Notes: generated by a model from the sequence alone, not told the origin. Counted from the first letter of the stretch, positions 25,158 through 35,045 are shown. The stretch: DNA of 64,000 nt from Clostridia bacterium (GCA_017621655.1 JAGASS010000025.1:11157-75156); one strand, 5' to 3'. Translations and numbers: made by a program.

Positions 25158-25192
25158 AAATTAAAAAGAGGAACGGATTTTCCGTTCCTCTT
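25158..25192 (-). terminator. terminator downstream of the capA-like gene
   Basis: On the minus strand, AGAGGAACGG-AAAAT-CCGTTCCTCT followed by TTTTTAATTT. Confidence 0.75.
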
Positions 25193-25224
25193 CGTGCCGT
25201 TTTATTAGGCGCAAAAATCTCAAA

Positions 25225-26304
25225 TTATTTGGATTTAGGGAATATCTTGTTCATAGTGCGCTTGTACGCTTCACTGTCTACCGTGTAAGGAGTGGGCTGG
25301 AAATCGTTGTAGCTTGTTTTTGAGCTTACTCGGCAGGGTATCACAGTTAGCTCTCCGAGCTTAAACTTACCGTCGGGAGTCTCGATGACAGTCTGACTGA
25401 ATACGGCGGTGTCCTTATCGGGAGGGTTGTGGTTGCCTCCAAAGGAGAAGTTTGCGGTGCTGTAGTAGATAATACCGCCGTTGTATTCTTCAACCGGCTG
25501 CAATACGTGTGGGTGATGTCCCCATACAATATCTACACCTGCATCAATAAGCTTGTGCCCAATGGAAATTTGCTCGGAATTTTGTGTATATGACTTTTCA
25601 ATACCCCAGTGGACTGCGGCTACAATGATCTCTGCGCCCGCATCCTTGAGCAACGCAATATCTTTTTTCATATCACTTTCGTCAAGATCGAAATTGATAC
25701 CGTACATGCCGATGGTCAAGCCGCTTTCCGTAGTATATAAAGCGTAGCCGTTCTTTTCAATGTACGTGACGTTATTTGCCTGCAAGGTGTCAATCGTCGA
25801 TTTGTAACCGGGCGCTCCGAAATCATAAGTATGATTATTTGCGAGGTTTGCAACCTCAACGGAAGAGCCCGTCATGATATTCACGAAATCCACAGGTCCG
25901 CGGAACGTGAACTTTTTATCCTCGGGCTTGCCGGAATTTGCAAGCACGCTTTCAAGATTGATAAACGTGCAATCGTCGTTTCTGAAGTATTCAGATACGG
26001 AAGCAAAGGGGTATTCGTAATTATTGTTTTTTACGAGATTTATAAAGCATTTGCTGTAAGACATCTTTGACGGCGCTGTACCGAGTGTGCAGTCACCTAC
26101 AAAGGTCAAAGTGTACACTTTGTCCTCGGGCGGCTCGGTTTCAGCAAGGGTCGTCACGGGTGGCTCCGTCGTTTCTGTCGCAGTGGTATCTGCGACCGTT
26201 GTCGTTGGCGTAGTTTCTCCCGACGTGCTTTTCTCATCCTCTTTGCAAGCGGAAAGCGATACCAGCGTAACGGCGGCAATAAGCAACGCTAATATTTTCT
26301 TCAT
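25225..26304 (-). CDS. CapA-family metallophosphatase-like lipoprotein (PGA_cap)
   Basis: Start trimmed to ATG 26304 (RBS GGAGGAAAAC). Lipobox LVSLSAC. Motifs FVGDCTLG, NLESV, NLANNHTYDFG, VHWGIE and GHHPHVLQP. Confidence 0.85.
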   Translation of the reverse strand: MKKILALLIAAVTLVSLSACKEDEKSTSGETTPTTTVADTTATETTEPPVTTLAETEPPEDKVYTLTFVGDCTLGTAPSKMSYSKCFINLVKNNNYEYPFASVSEYFRNDDCTFINLESVLANSGKPEDKKFTFRGPVDFVNIMTGSSVEVANLANNHTYDFGAPGYKSTIDTLQANNVTYIEKNGYALYTTESGLTIGMYGINFDLDESDMKKDIALLKDAGAEIIVAAVHWGIEKSYTQNSEQISIGHKLIDAGVDIVWGHHPHVLQPVEEYNGGIIYYSTANFSFGGNHNPPDKDTAVFSQTVIETPDGKFKLGELTVIPCRVSSKTSYNDFQPTPYTVDSEAYKRTMNKIFPKSK

Positions 26305-26406
26305 CTTGTTTTCCTCCAATGCTTGCTCAAAACGAGCTTCAAAACGTGTTACGCACATTATACCACGTGGGAAAAGAGTTTGCAATACCTATTCTCTGTC
26401 AAGGAG

Positions 26407-27372
26407 TTAGCGATCGTTCGCCGTTTTCAATATTTCCTCACAAAGCTGTGGAAAACCTACCCCCGCCGTTTTTGCGGCAAGCGGAAGCAAGCTCGTTTCG
26501 GTCATTCCCGGTAGAGCATTTACTTCAAGGCAGAAAAAGATCCCGCCCGAGAGGATAAAGTCGACGCGGCAAAGCGAGGTCGTTCCGAGCGCTTCTGCGG
26601 CGGCAAGAGCTGAACGGCGGAGCCGCATTGCTTCTGCGTCGGTCAGCGGAGCAGGGCAAATTTCCTCAGTCGCGCCGAGGGTGTATTTGTTTTTGTAATC
26701 ATAAAAACCGACCTTCGGTATGATCTCTACGGCAGGCAACGCTCGACCGCCGACTATCCCGACGGTCAGCTCGCGTCCGACGAGCTTTTCCTCAATTATG
26801 ACCTTGTCGGTCGCGGAAAAAGCCGTTTCGAGCGCAATTTCAAGCTCGCTTTCGTTGTCTGCAAATGCAACGCCGACCGATGAACCGCCGCCATTCGGCT
26901 TTATCACGCAGGGGAACTTGACCTCGCTTCGCTTGATAGGGTCGCCCTTTGTCAGTACAGTTCCGCGCGGAACGGTCACGCCCGACAGGCGCATAAGCGT
27001 CTTTGACAGCTGCTTATCCATGGCAATGGCGCAGGAAAGATAATCCGCCCCCGCGCATCTGATTCCGAAAAGATCAAGCGCGGCGCGGAAGCGTCCGTCC
27101 TCACCGACACCGCCGTGCAGGGCGGGAAAAACGACGTCGGCACGCGAGCAAAGCTCGATAATTCCGTGCCCGATCTCGCGTCCCGAAAGCTCGTGCCTCG
27201 CCTTCGGTACAAAGTCGTTTCCGAACGGAATGTCTATCGGAATATCGTTGCACAGATCGACAAGCGCGACCTCGTGACCGTGTCCCTTGAGCGCCTCGGC
27301 AACCATTTTTCCCGACGCAAGCGACACCTCGCGCTCAGGTGAAAGTCCACCGCAAATAACTGCAATTTTCAT
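26407..27372 (-). CDS. ddl: D-alanine--D-alanine ligase
   Basis: MKIAVICGGLSPEREVSLASG at the trimmed start 27372, followed by an ATP-grasp body. The track's 33-codon extension runs toward repeat R11. Confidence 0.9.
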   Translation of the reverse strand: MKIAVICGGLSPEREVSLASGKMVAEALKGHGHEVALVDLCNDIPIDIPFGNDFVPKARHELSGREIGHGIIELCSRADVVFPALHGGVGEDGRFRAALDLFGIRCAGADYLSCAIAMDKQLSKTLMRLSGVTVPRGTVLTKGDPIKRSEVKFPCVIKPNGGGSSVGVAFADNESELEIALETAFSATDKVIIEEKLVGRELTVGIVGGRALPAVEIIPKVGFYDYKNKYTLGATEEICPAPLTDAEAMRLRRSALAAAEALGTTSLCRVDFILSGGIFFCLEVNALPGMTETSLLPLAAKTAGVGFPQLCEEILKTANDR

Positions 27373-27453
27373 AATAAAAAGAAGTCCTTTCGATAATATC
27401 TTTGGACTTCTTTTTTTGTGATCTTGTTTATTGTGCTCTTGGAAACTTCTTTT

Positions 27454-27488
27454 GTTGTACGGCGGGAGCAAGCCCCCGCCCTACGGTT
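27454..27488. repeat. single REP unit R11
   Basis: GGCGGGAGCAAGCCCCCGCC-CTAC. Confidence 0.8.
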
Positions 27489-27505
27489 AAGCGTCGAATA
27501 TTTCG

Positions 27506-28741
27506 TTATCTTCTGATAATATCCCCGACTCCGACCTCGAACGGTATCTTGAGCGAGAATTTCATAAGCGGATGAGGTGCGGAGTCAATATCGCAGCCCT
27601 TTTCGTCCTTCATTTCCTCACAGACGAACGCGCGTCCGATCTTTCCGGGTGAAATTACCTCAACGGTCTCGCCCGAAACCACCTTGTTCCTCTGAATAAC
27701 GGTTGCGCGTCCCGATTCGGGATCATAACCTGAAACGACTCCGACGTATGCCTTTTCGCGCACGTAACCGCCCGTCGTCACCGTTTTGGAATCAGTCATC
27801 GCGTCGGCGAAATAATAACCCGTATCGTATTCGCGGTGGCTGACGCTTTCAAGCTCGGTAAGAAGCGCAGGGTCGTAAACGTAATTTTCGGGATCGCTTA
27901 GGTACTTGTCGATCGCCATTCTGTAGGTGTTCGCGCAGACCGCCGTATAGTAGGCGCTCTTCATTCTGCCCTCGATCTTGAAGCTGTCGATACCGCTGTC
28001 CATAAGCTCGGGAATATGCTCTATCATGCACATATCCTTGCTCGACATAATGAAGGTTCCTCGCTCGGTCTCGGCGATCGGAAGCGGCATATCAAGACGC
28101 TTTTCCTCTGCGATCTCATACATATTGTAATTCCAACGGCAGGGCTGAGCACACTGACCGCGGTTGGCGTCACGACCGGTAAAATGATTCGAGAGCAGAC
28201 ATCTTCCGCTGTAGGAGATGCACATCGAGCCGTGAATGAACGCTTCAAGCTCAAGCTCACGCGAGGTATCGCGGCGGATCGCCTTGATCTCGTTCAGGGT
28301 AAGCTCGCGCGCCAAAACGACACGCTTACAGCCGAGACGCAGATACTGCTCTGCGGCAGGGGCGGAAACGATGCTCGCCTGAGTTGAAACGTGAATGTCG
28401 ATATTGGGAAGAAGCTCCTTTACCGTCGCAATAACACCGAGGTCGGCAGCGATTATCGCGTCGATTCCGGTATCGGAAAGTGCGAAAAGGAATGCACGAA
28501 GTTCGCCGTACTCATAGCCGTGAGGCATTACGTTTACGGTAAGATACGCCTTCGCGCCCTGCTTGTGAGCGAGGGAAGCACCCTCGCATATCTCTTCCAT
28601 TGTAAAATTGTCAGCCGCCGAGCGCATACCGAATGCCTTGCCCGCAAAATATACGGCGTCAGCGCCGAATCGGAGCGCGGCGGCGAGCTTTTCGGGATTG
28701 CCCGCAGGGAGCAGAAGCTCGGGCTTATTTTTTGTCGTCAT
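27506..28741 (-). CDS. peptidase U32 family protein
   Basis: PELLLPAGNPEKLAAALRFGADAVYFAG and the C-rich motif GRDANRGQCAQPCRW are typical of the U32 family. Confidence 0.85.
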   Translation of the reverse strand: MTTKNKPELLLPAGNPEKLAAALRFGADAVYFAGKAFGMRSAADNFTMEEICEGASLAHKQGAKAYLTVNVMPHGYEYGELRAFLFALSDTGIDAIIAADLGVIATVKELLPNIDIHVSTQASIVSAPAAEQYLRLGCKRVVLARELTLNEIKAIRRDTSRELELEAFIHGSMCISYSGRCLLSNHFTGRDANRGQCAQPCRWNYNMYEIAEEKRLDMPLPIAETERGTFIMSSKDMCMIEHIPELMDSGIDSFKIEGRMKSAYYTAVCANTYRMAIDKYLSDPENYVYDPALLTELESVSHREYDTGYYFADAMTDSKTVTTGGYVREKAYVGVVSGYDPESGRATVIQRNKVVSGETVEVISPGKIGRAFVCEEMKDEKGCDIDSAPHPLMKFSLKIPFEVGVGDIIRR

Positions 28742-28768
28742 TTTTTCTATACCTTTATTGTATGCGTT

Positions 28769-29638
28769 TTACGGCATTTTGTCAGCGGACGGGCAGGTCT
28801 GGGAGGAGTATCCGTATTTTTTTGCCGCTTCGGATGCTTTTGAGCCGGACGGAGAATAGATCGTCAGAACCGAGCATCCGAGGAAGGAATTTTCGCCGAG
28901 TGCGGTCGATTTCGGCACGAATATTGCGCCAAGAGACGTGCAATCCGCGAAGGAGTAGTCGCTGAGCATCTTGACGCCGTCGGTAATTACTACTTTTTGA
29001 AGCGCCGTGCAGCCGGAAAAGGCATATTCGGCAACTCTTTCGATCCTCGGACAAAATTCGACCTTGGTTAGCTGCTCGCAGCCGTAGAATGCGTATTTAG
29101 AGACGGATGAAAGATTTGACGGAAGCTTGATCTCCGCTATGCGCGTGCGGTAAAACGCGTAGCGCTCGATCTCGGCTACCGAGTCGGGAAGATTTATCTT
29201 TTCAAGAGAGGAATCGCGGAATGCCGCCTGCGAGATCAGCTCAAGATTGTTTCCAAGAACGACCTCCGTCAGCGCGGAGCAGCCCTGAAAGGCACTCTTG
29301 CCGATGACGAGAAGAGAATCGGGGAGCGTTACCGAGGTTAGTGTTTCGTTTTCAAAAAACGCGTATTCGCCGATAAGCTTCACGGGAATTCCCATAAACG
29401 CGTCGGGGACGGTAACGACCGCCTCCTTGCCCTTGTACTCGGCAATTTCGGCATAGCTTGTATAAAGCTTTACGACGAAGCCGTCAGCTTCGTAGCTTGT
29501 CGTAAGCTTTTCGTTTTCGGGTAGACCTGTAGTCGAAACGGGAGGAAGCGGTTTTACGGTTTCCTCATCGCCGCCGCAGGAGACAAGTCCGATAAGGCAA
29601 ATAAGCGCAAGAAATATTGAAATGATCTTTTTTGACAT
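28769..29638 (-). CDS. leucine-rich-repeat (BspA-like) lipoprotein
   Basis: Start trimmed to ATG 29638. Lipobox LIGLVSCGG. Repeated units of about 23 aa of the form ..IG..AF..C..L..V.LP. The track's 75-codon extension is read through repeat R12. Confidence 0.8.
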   Translation of the reverse strand: MSKKIISIFLALICLIGLVSCGGDEETVKPLPPVSTTGLPENEKLTTSYEADGFVVKLYTSYAEIAEYKGKEAVVTVPDAFMGIPVKLIGEYAFFENETLTSVTLPDSLLVIGKSAFQGCSALTEVVLGNNLELISQAAFRDSSLEKINLPDSVAEIERYAFYRTRIAEIKLPSNLSSVSKYAFYGCEQLTKVEFCPRIERVAEYAFSGCTALQKVVITDGVKMLSDYSFADCTSLGAIFVPKSTALGENSFLGCSVLTIYSPSGSKASEAAKKYGYSSQTCPSADKMP

Positions 29639-29728
29639 TTTAATTATCCTTTGTTTTTGTATATAAAAACAGTATAACACATTGTCGGGAAAATAGCAAT
29701 GTTTAATTTTTGCGAGCAAGGTGACATG

Positions 29729-29890
29729 GTTTTTATACGAGAGGCATATTGAACGTAAATATGTAGGGACAGGCGTCCTCGACTGTCCGTACGGAAATAA
29801 TGCAACATTGTTTTTATACGGGCGAACGCAGTTCGCCCCTACGGAAACGCTTGATGTTTTCACGGTAGGGGCGAAGCATTGAGGCGTTCT
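29729..29890. repeat. REP/BIME-like composite repeat cluster R12
   Basis: GGCATATTGAACGTAAATAT linker, GTAG-GGACAGGCGTCCTCGACTGTCC, ATGCAACATTGTTTTT, GGGCGAACGCAGTTCGCCC-CTAC and a degenerate GTAG-GGGCGAAGC. Confidence 0.8.
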
Positions 29891-29944
29891 CTTTCCCTCC
29901 GCAAAAAATGCCCCACCGCGTTGCGGTGGGGCGTAAATCTCAAA

Positions 29945-30904
29945 TCAGTTCTTGTTATCGGAGCCGAGAACGTTAACGATCTTGTGAGCGACCATCTTCT
30001 TGACCTCTTCGCGGCCGACCTTGAGGTATTCTCTGGGGTCGAATGCGGAGGGATTCTCGGTGAATACGCGTCTGATACCTGCGGTCATTGCAAGACGGAT
30101 GTCGGAGTCGATATTGATCTTACAAACAGCCATCTTCGCTGCCTTGCGGAGCTGCTCCTCGGGAATACCGATAGCATCAGGCATCTTACCGCCGCGTGCG
30201 TTGATCTCTGCTACGCACTCCTGAGCGACGGAGGAAGCACCGTGAAGAACGATCGGGAAGCCGGGAAGACGCTTTTCAACCTCTTCGAGAATATCGAAGC
30301 GAAGCGGAGGGGGAACGAGGATTCCCTGCTCGTTTCTCGTGCACTGCTTGGGGGTGAACTTATATGCGCCGTGAGAGGTACCGATAGAGATAGCGAGCGA
30401 GTCAACGCCGGTTCTCGTTACGAAATCTTCAACCTCTTCGGGACGGGTGTAGGAGGACTTCTCTGCAACAACTTCGTCCTCAACGCCTGCAAGAACTCCA
30501 AGCTCGCCCTCTACGACGACGCCGTGAGCGTGAGCGTATTCAACTACCTTCTTGGTAAGAGCGATATTGTCCTCGTATGCGTGATGAGAGCCGTCGATCA
30601 TAACGGAGGTGAAGCCGCCGTCGATGCACGCCTTACAGATCTCGAAATCTGCGCCGTGGTCGAGGTGGAGAGCAACGTCGATACCGGTGTCCTCAACTGC
30701 CGCGCGAGCGAGAGCCATGAGGTAAGCGTGCTTAGCGTACTTTCTTGCGCCTGCAGATACCTGAAGAACGACGGGGGAGTTAAGCTCGCTTGCAGCTTCG
30801 GTGATCGCCTGAACGATCTCCATGTTGTTGATATTGAACGCGCCGACAGCATAGCCGCCCTTGTAAGCGTTCTCAAACATTTTCTTTGTTGTTACAAGTG
30901 CCAT
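29945..30904 (-). CDS. fba: class II fructose-1,6-bisphosphate aldolase
   Basis: MALVTTKKMFENAYKGGYAVGAFNINNMEIVQAI...HLDHG...SHGAYKF is a classic class II FBA sequence. Confidence 0.92.
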   Translation of the reverse strand: MALVTTKKMFENAYKGGYAVGAFNINNMEIVQAITEAASELNSPVVLQVSAGARKYAKHAYLMALARAAVEDTGIDVALHLDHGADFEICKACIDGGFTSVMIDGSHHAYEDNIALTKKVVEYAHAHGVVVEGELGVLAGVEDEVVAEKSSYTRPEEVEDFVTRTGVDSLAISIGTSHGAYKFTPKQCTRNEQGILVPPPLRFDILEEVEKRLPGFPIVLHGASSVAQECVAEINARGGKMPDAIGIPEEQLRKAAKMAVCKINIDSDIRLAMTAGIRRVFTENPSAFDPREYLKVGREEVKKMVAHKIVNVLGSDNKN

Positions 30905-31113
30905 TTTTATATGTCCTTTCGAATTGTTATAACATTAAATTCCAATAATAATATACACTTTTTTTACCGAAAAATCAAGCCCTTATTTCAAAGAAAGAGA
31001 CGAAAAATCACTTTTTCTCCTTTTTGCCCTATGACTTGTGCTTTTTTACGGTTTTTTCGTTAGTTATTGCGCGTTTTGCGAGGGTGCTTGCGGCTTGTGG
31101 CTGTGATTGTCTG

Positions 31114-31142
31114 TTGACATTTTGAAAACTACAATATATAAT
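31114..31142 (+). promoter_or_regulatory. sigma-A-type promoter for the esterase/acyltransferase operon
   Basis: TTGACA, 17 nt spacer, TATAAT. Confidence 0.65.
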
Positions 31143-31176
31143 ATTTAGTATAAAGAGGCGGAAAAGAGGCAACGAA

Positions 31177-31863
31177 ATGAAGAAGATCCCAATACCGAAG
31201 AGCTTTGCGATATTCGGCGACTCGATAGGAAGGGGCGTTATGTACGACCCGAATAACGACAGCTACGAGACAAACCGTGGCTTTGTCTCAATGCTTGAAA
31301 AGCGTTGGGGCATACGCGCAATAAACTGCACGCGCTTCGGTCAGACGGTAAGCAAGGGACTGAAAATGCTCGAAAGAAAGCTCGAGAGCATCCGCGCCTG
31401 CGATTTCGTTTTTCTCGAGTTCGGCGGTAACGACAGCGATTACGATTGGAAGGCGATAGCCGCCGACCCCGATGCCTCCTACTCGCCGAAGACCGTTCTT
31501 TCGGAATTTGTTGCCATATATAAAAAGCTTATAGCTACGGTACGCGAGGCAGGACTTACGCCTATCGTTCTGAATCTCCCTCCGATCGAGCATAATATGT
31601 ATTTTGACCGCGTCCGTCACGGCTGTAACGGAGACAACATCCTTAAATGGCTCAAGGGTGACAAGACCGAAATTTCGCGCTGGCACGGTAGCTACAGCGA
31701 TGAGATAAAAAATATCTGCCGCGAGAGCGAAGTGAAAATGATAGATATACGCTCCGCCTTTGAGGGACGTGACCTTACGCAGCTCGTCTGCCCCGACGGT
31801 ATACACCCGAACGAAAAGGGTCACGAGCTGATATATGAGAAGATCCTTACGGAGTTTTGCTGA
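31177..31863 (+). CDS. SGNH/GDSL hydrolase family protein
   Basis: Block I FGDSIGRG, block III GGND, and block V DGIHPN. Confidence 0.8.
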   Translation: MKKIPIPKSFAIFGDSIGRGVMYDPNNDSYETNRGFVSMLEKRWGIRAINCTRFGQTVSKGLKMLERKLESIRACDFVFLEFGGNDSDYDWKAIAADPDASYSPKTVLSEFVAIYKKLIATVREAGLTPIVLNLPPIEHNMYFDRVRHGCNGDNILKWLKGDKTEISRWHGSYSDEIKNICRESEVKMIDIRSAFEGRDLTQLVCPDGIHPNEKGHELIYEKILTEFC

Positions 31864-31884
31864 TAATATCCGCAGAAAAGAAAA

Positions 31885-32757
31885 ATGACTACTGAATCTG
31901 CAAGAAAAAAGCTTGAAAAACTGAAGCCGATGCTCAATTCCTGCTCGATAAAGACTGCTCGCGTGGGGCAGGATATGCTTGGCGTAATATCGTCCGTCGG
32001 TAAAAAGGAAAGCTGTGAAAAGCTTGAATTTCCGAACTTTACCTGCGGCGTAATAACGCCCGAGACAGTGAAGGATAAAAATTCCGCACTGATCTATATA
32101 CACGGCGGCGGATACGTCGCGGGCGGCTTCGGATACGCAAAGGCGTATGCTATGTACCTGAGCGAAAAAACGGGGCTGAAAACCTTTTTCCCCGCCTATC
32201 GGCTCGCGCCCGAAAACAAGTGTCCCGACGCGGTCAAGGATTGCGTCAAGGCGTATAAATATATTGTGGAAAGCTTGGAGTATGACCCGAAAAGGATAAT
32301 ACTCATCGGCGAAAGCGCAGGCGGAGGACTAATTTATTCTCTCTGCGCGGCGCTGAAGAAGCTGTCGCTGCCGTTGCCTTTGGGACTTATTGCGATCTCG
32401 CCCTGGACCGACCTTACGATGTCGGGGCAGTCGTATAAGGAAAACGCCGAAATTGATCCGTCAATGTCGATGGAGCGGTTGAAGTTTTTTGCCGAGAATT
32501 ACACGGTAGATCCGAAAGATCCGCTTGCGTCGCCATTATTTGGAGACTTATCCGAGCTTCCGCCGTCGCTTATCGTTTCGGGCGGAGACGAGATAATGCT
32601 TTCCGACGCGGTATCGCTTCACGAAAAGCTGATAAAGGTCGGATCGCCGTCGCGCCATCATATAGAAAAGGGGCTTTGGCACGCCTATCCGCTTTATCAC
32701 CTGACCGACGTTTCAGACGCGGTGATCACCGATTTTATAAAGGAGCTTCTGCAATGA
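31885..32757 (+). CDS. alpha/beta hydrolase (HSL-type esterase/lipase, Abhydrolase_3)
   Basis: Oxyanion motif IHGGGY and nucleophile elbow GESAGG. Confidence 0.85.
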   Translation: MTTESARKKLEKLKPMLNSCSIKTARVGQDMLGVISSVGKKESCEKLEFPNFTCGVITPETVKDKNSALIYIHGGGYVAGGFGYAKAYAMYLSEKTGLKTFFPAYRLAPENKCPDAVKDCVKAYKYIVESLEYDPKRIILIGESAGGGLIYSLCAALKKLSLPLPLGLIAISPWTDLTMSGQSYKENAEIDPSMSMERLKFFAENYTVDPKDPLASPLFGDLSELPPSLIVSGGDEIMLSDAVSLHEKLIKVGSPSRHHIEKGLWHAYPLYHLTDVSDAVITDFIKELLQ

Positions 32758-34037
32758 GGAAAGACCTTCGCTGGATGAGACTTGACAACGCGGCGAAAAT
32801 ATATCCTGCCGCGCGCAGCCGCGATTGGACGAACGTCTTTCGCCTTTCGGTCACCTATCACGATCCCGTCGATCCCGAGGTGCTGAAAAAGGCGCTTACC
32901 CGCGTAATTAAGCGGTTTCCGTCGGTTGCGGCACGTATTCGCACGGGCTTTTTCTGGTACTATATTGAGGAGCTCGGACAGGCACCCGAGATACTTCGCG
33001 AGGAGGACCGTCCTCTTAACAGAATACCGTTTCGCGATATAAAAAAATGCGCGTTCCGCGTTCTTTACTATAAGAACAGAATGTCGGTAGAAATATTCCA
33101 CGGGATAACAGACGGCAGCGGAGGAATAATCTTCGTCAAGACCCTTGCCGCAGAATACGTGCGTCAAAAATACGGCGAGCACGTGCCGTGCGAGGAGGGA
33201 ATACTCGATATAAACGACGAGCCGAGCCGCGAGGAGCTTGAGGACAGCTTCGGTCGGTACGTTTCAGACGTCAACCCCGGCTGGAAGGAGCCGAACGCTT
33301 ACGCGATAAAGGGAACTTTAGAGAATGACGGATTTATTCACGTCGTAACGGGAATAATGGATTCCGAAAAGATAAGGGATCTGGCGAAGAGCTACGGAGT
33401 GACGGTCACCACGTTTCTGTCTGCGGTAATGATGAAAAGCATCTACGATCATCAGAAGGAAAGGGTCAAAAACCCGAAGCATCTGAAGCCGGTCAGAGTG
33501 CTGATACCCGTAAATCTGCGCTCGTTTTTGCCGAGTAAAACGATGCGAAACTTCGCTCAGTATATTACTCCCGATATCGATCCGCGCCTCGGAGAATACA
33601 GCTTTGAGGAAATGGTTAAAGCCGTACATCATAAAATGGGGCTTGACCTTAACGCAAAGTATCTGGCGGCAAAATTCACGCCAAACGTGCGGTCCGAGAG
33701 GGTGAAGATTCTTCGCGTGATGCCGCTTTTTATAAAGAATATCGCCATGAAGCTTGCATACTCTATCGTCGGCGAGAGAAAGGCGAGCATATGTTTGTCA
33801 AACCTCGGTGTGTTTAAGATTCCCGACAGTATGGTGAAGCATATCGAGAGGGTCGATTTCGTTCTCGGTCTCCAGGCGACATCGCCCGTCAACTGCGGAA
33901 TTCTTTCCTATAACGGAAAGCTTATCGTCAACTTCGTCCGCGGTATCAAGGAATCCGATCTTGAAAGAAACTTTTTTACGACCCTGCGAAAAATGGGCGT
34001 ACACGTTCTCGTTGAAAGCAACGGGACGGGGGAGTGA
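32754..34037 (+). CDS. condensation-domain-like acyltransferase (alcohol acetyltransferase/PapA5-like superfamily)
   Basis: Start set at ATG 32754, which overlaps the upstream stop as ATGA. The sequence MRLDNAAKIYPA followed by an HGITDG motif resembles the HHxxxDG catalytic motif. Confidence 0.7.
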   Translation: MRKDLRWMRLDNAAKIYPAARSRDWTNVFRLSVTYHDPVDPEVLKKALTRVIKRFPSVAARIRTGFFWYYIEELGQAPEILREEDRPLNRIPFRDIKKCAFRVLYYKNRMSVEIFHGITDGSGGIIFVKTLAAEYVRQKYGEHVPCEEGILDINDEPSREELEDSFGRYVSDVNPGWKEPNAYAIKGTLENDGFIHVVTGIMDSEKIRDLAKSYGVTVTTFLSAVMMKSIYDHQKERVKNPKHLKPVRVLIPVNLRSFLPSKTMRNFAQYITPDIDPRLGEYSFEEMVKAVHHKMGLDLNAKYLAAKFTPNVRSERVKILRVMPLFIKNIAMKLAYSIVGERKASICLSNLGVFKIPDSMVKHIERVDFVLGLQATSPVNCGILSYNGKLIVNFVRGIKESDLERNFFTTLRKMGVHVLVESNGTGE

Positions 34038-34065
34038 ACCGACAGTTTTGGCTTTTGATCACGCC

Positions 34066-34208
34066 TTGTAGGGGGCGACGTCCTCGACGCCCCGTTACAT
34101 AGGCAATGATTCTTTCCAACAAAAACTCGAAGATTCGTGATAGAAATATGCGTTTTTATAGAACCCAAAGGTGGCATTGCGGGGCGTCGAGGACGTCGCC
34201 CCCTACTG
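34066..34208. repeat. REP pair R13, heads outward, same stem in both arms
   Basis: GTAG-GGGGCGACGTCCTCGACGCCCC, about 85 bp of AT-rich DNA, then GGGGCGTCGAGGACGTCGCCCC-CTAC. Confidence 0.85.
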
Positions 34209-34302
34209 CGGAACATCGGAAGGTGCCTGACAGAGCGATCGTGTTCAAATTCCCTGCAACAACATCTACCAGCCATTGCCCTGCGGGGCTGAAAGGAAAA
34301 AT

Positions 34303-35004
34303 ATGTACTGTGTAAAATGCGGCGTTGAACTCGCCGATAGCGAAAAAAATTGTCCGCTTTGCGGAACGGCGGTCATCTGCCCCGACGGGATCGTCAGGTC
34401 GGAAAAGGAATCACCGTATCCGCCGCACCCCGGAAAGATAACCGAGGGAATAAGCAAGATCGGCGTGCTGTTTATTGTGAGCTTGGCGGCGGTCATAATG
34501 CTTGTGATCTGCCTGATCGCGGATATTAATATAAACGGTCAGCTGAGCTGGGCGGGATACGTTGGCTTCTCGCTTTTGTTTTTGTATACGTCGACCGTTC
34601 TGCCGTCGTGGTTTAATAAGCCGAATCCCGTCATCTTCGTGCCGTGCGGCTTCGTTTCGGCAGCTATACTGCTTTTATATATCTGCGAAAAGACGGACGG
34701 AACGTGGTTTTTGCCCTTCGCGTTTCCGACGCTCGGAATAACTGCGCTTATCGTGACCGCCGTCGTCACGCTGACGCGATACGTAAGAGGCGGCGCGCCG
34801 TACATATACGGAGGCGCGGCAGTCGCATTCGGTGCATTGGCGATACTTATGGAGCATCTGATATGCGTTTCCTTCGGGGTCGAAAAGATGTGGCAGTGGT
34901 CACCGTACCCTGCGATCTCGCTGTTCATTATAGGCGGATTCCTCATTTTCGTCGGAATCTGTAAGCCGCTTCGCCGCGCGCTTCGCAAAAAGCTTTTCTT
35001 CTGA
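34303..35004 (+). CDS. zinc-ribbon membrane protein
   Basis: MYCVKCGVELADSEKNCPLCGT followed by about 5 TM helices. ATG 34303 has AAAGGAAAAAT upstream. Confidence 0.65.
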   Translation: MYCVKCGVELADSEKNCPLCGTAVICPDGIVRSEKESPYPPHPGKITEGISKIGVLFIVSLAAVIMLVICLIADININGQLSWAGYVGFSLLFLYTSTVLPSWFNKPNPVIFVPCGFVSAAILLLYICEKTDGTWFLPFAFPTLGITALIVTAVVTLTRYVRGGAPYIYGGAAVAFGALAILMEHLICVSFGVEKMWQWSPYPAISLFIIGGFLIFVGICKPLRRALRKKLFF

Positions 35005-35015
35005 AAGCAAGCAAC

Positions 35016-35045
35016 AAAAAAACCGCCCATCGGGCGGTTTTTTAT
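35016..35045. terminator. bidirectional terminator between convergent genes
   Basis: AAAAAAACCGCCC-ATCG-GGCGGTTTTTTAT. Confidence 0.8.

Noticed and set aside
24704-25200. tRNA locus considered as a possible integration hotspot for a genomic island or prophage.
   Set aside because: There is no integrase, no tRNA 3'-end direct repeat and no phage genes downstream. Only a terminator and one REP-like unit follow.
30863-30876. A perfect match to the CcpA cre consensus (TGTAAGCGTTCTCA) near the 5' end of fba.
   Set aside because: It lies inside codons for the conserved FENAYKGG segment, so the match is probably forced by the protein sequence. Repression of a glycolytic aldolase by CcpA is also not expected. 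It could still be tested by ChIP.
29879-31063. 394-aa plus-strand ORF.
   Set aside because: It is antisense to the unmistakable class II aldolase gene. The product has skewed composition (L/V/C/R-rich) and no recognisable motif, so it is a shadow ORF in GC-biased coding DNA.
31288-32103. 271-aa minus-strand ORF.
   Set aside because: It spans the boundary of two well-supported plus-strand hydrolase genes, so it is an antisense shadow.
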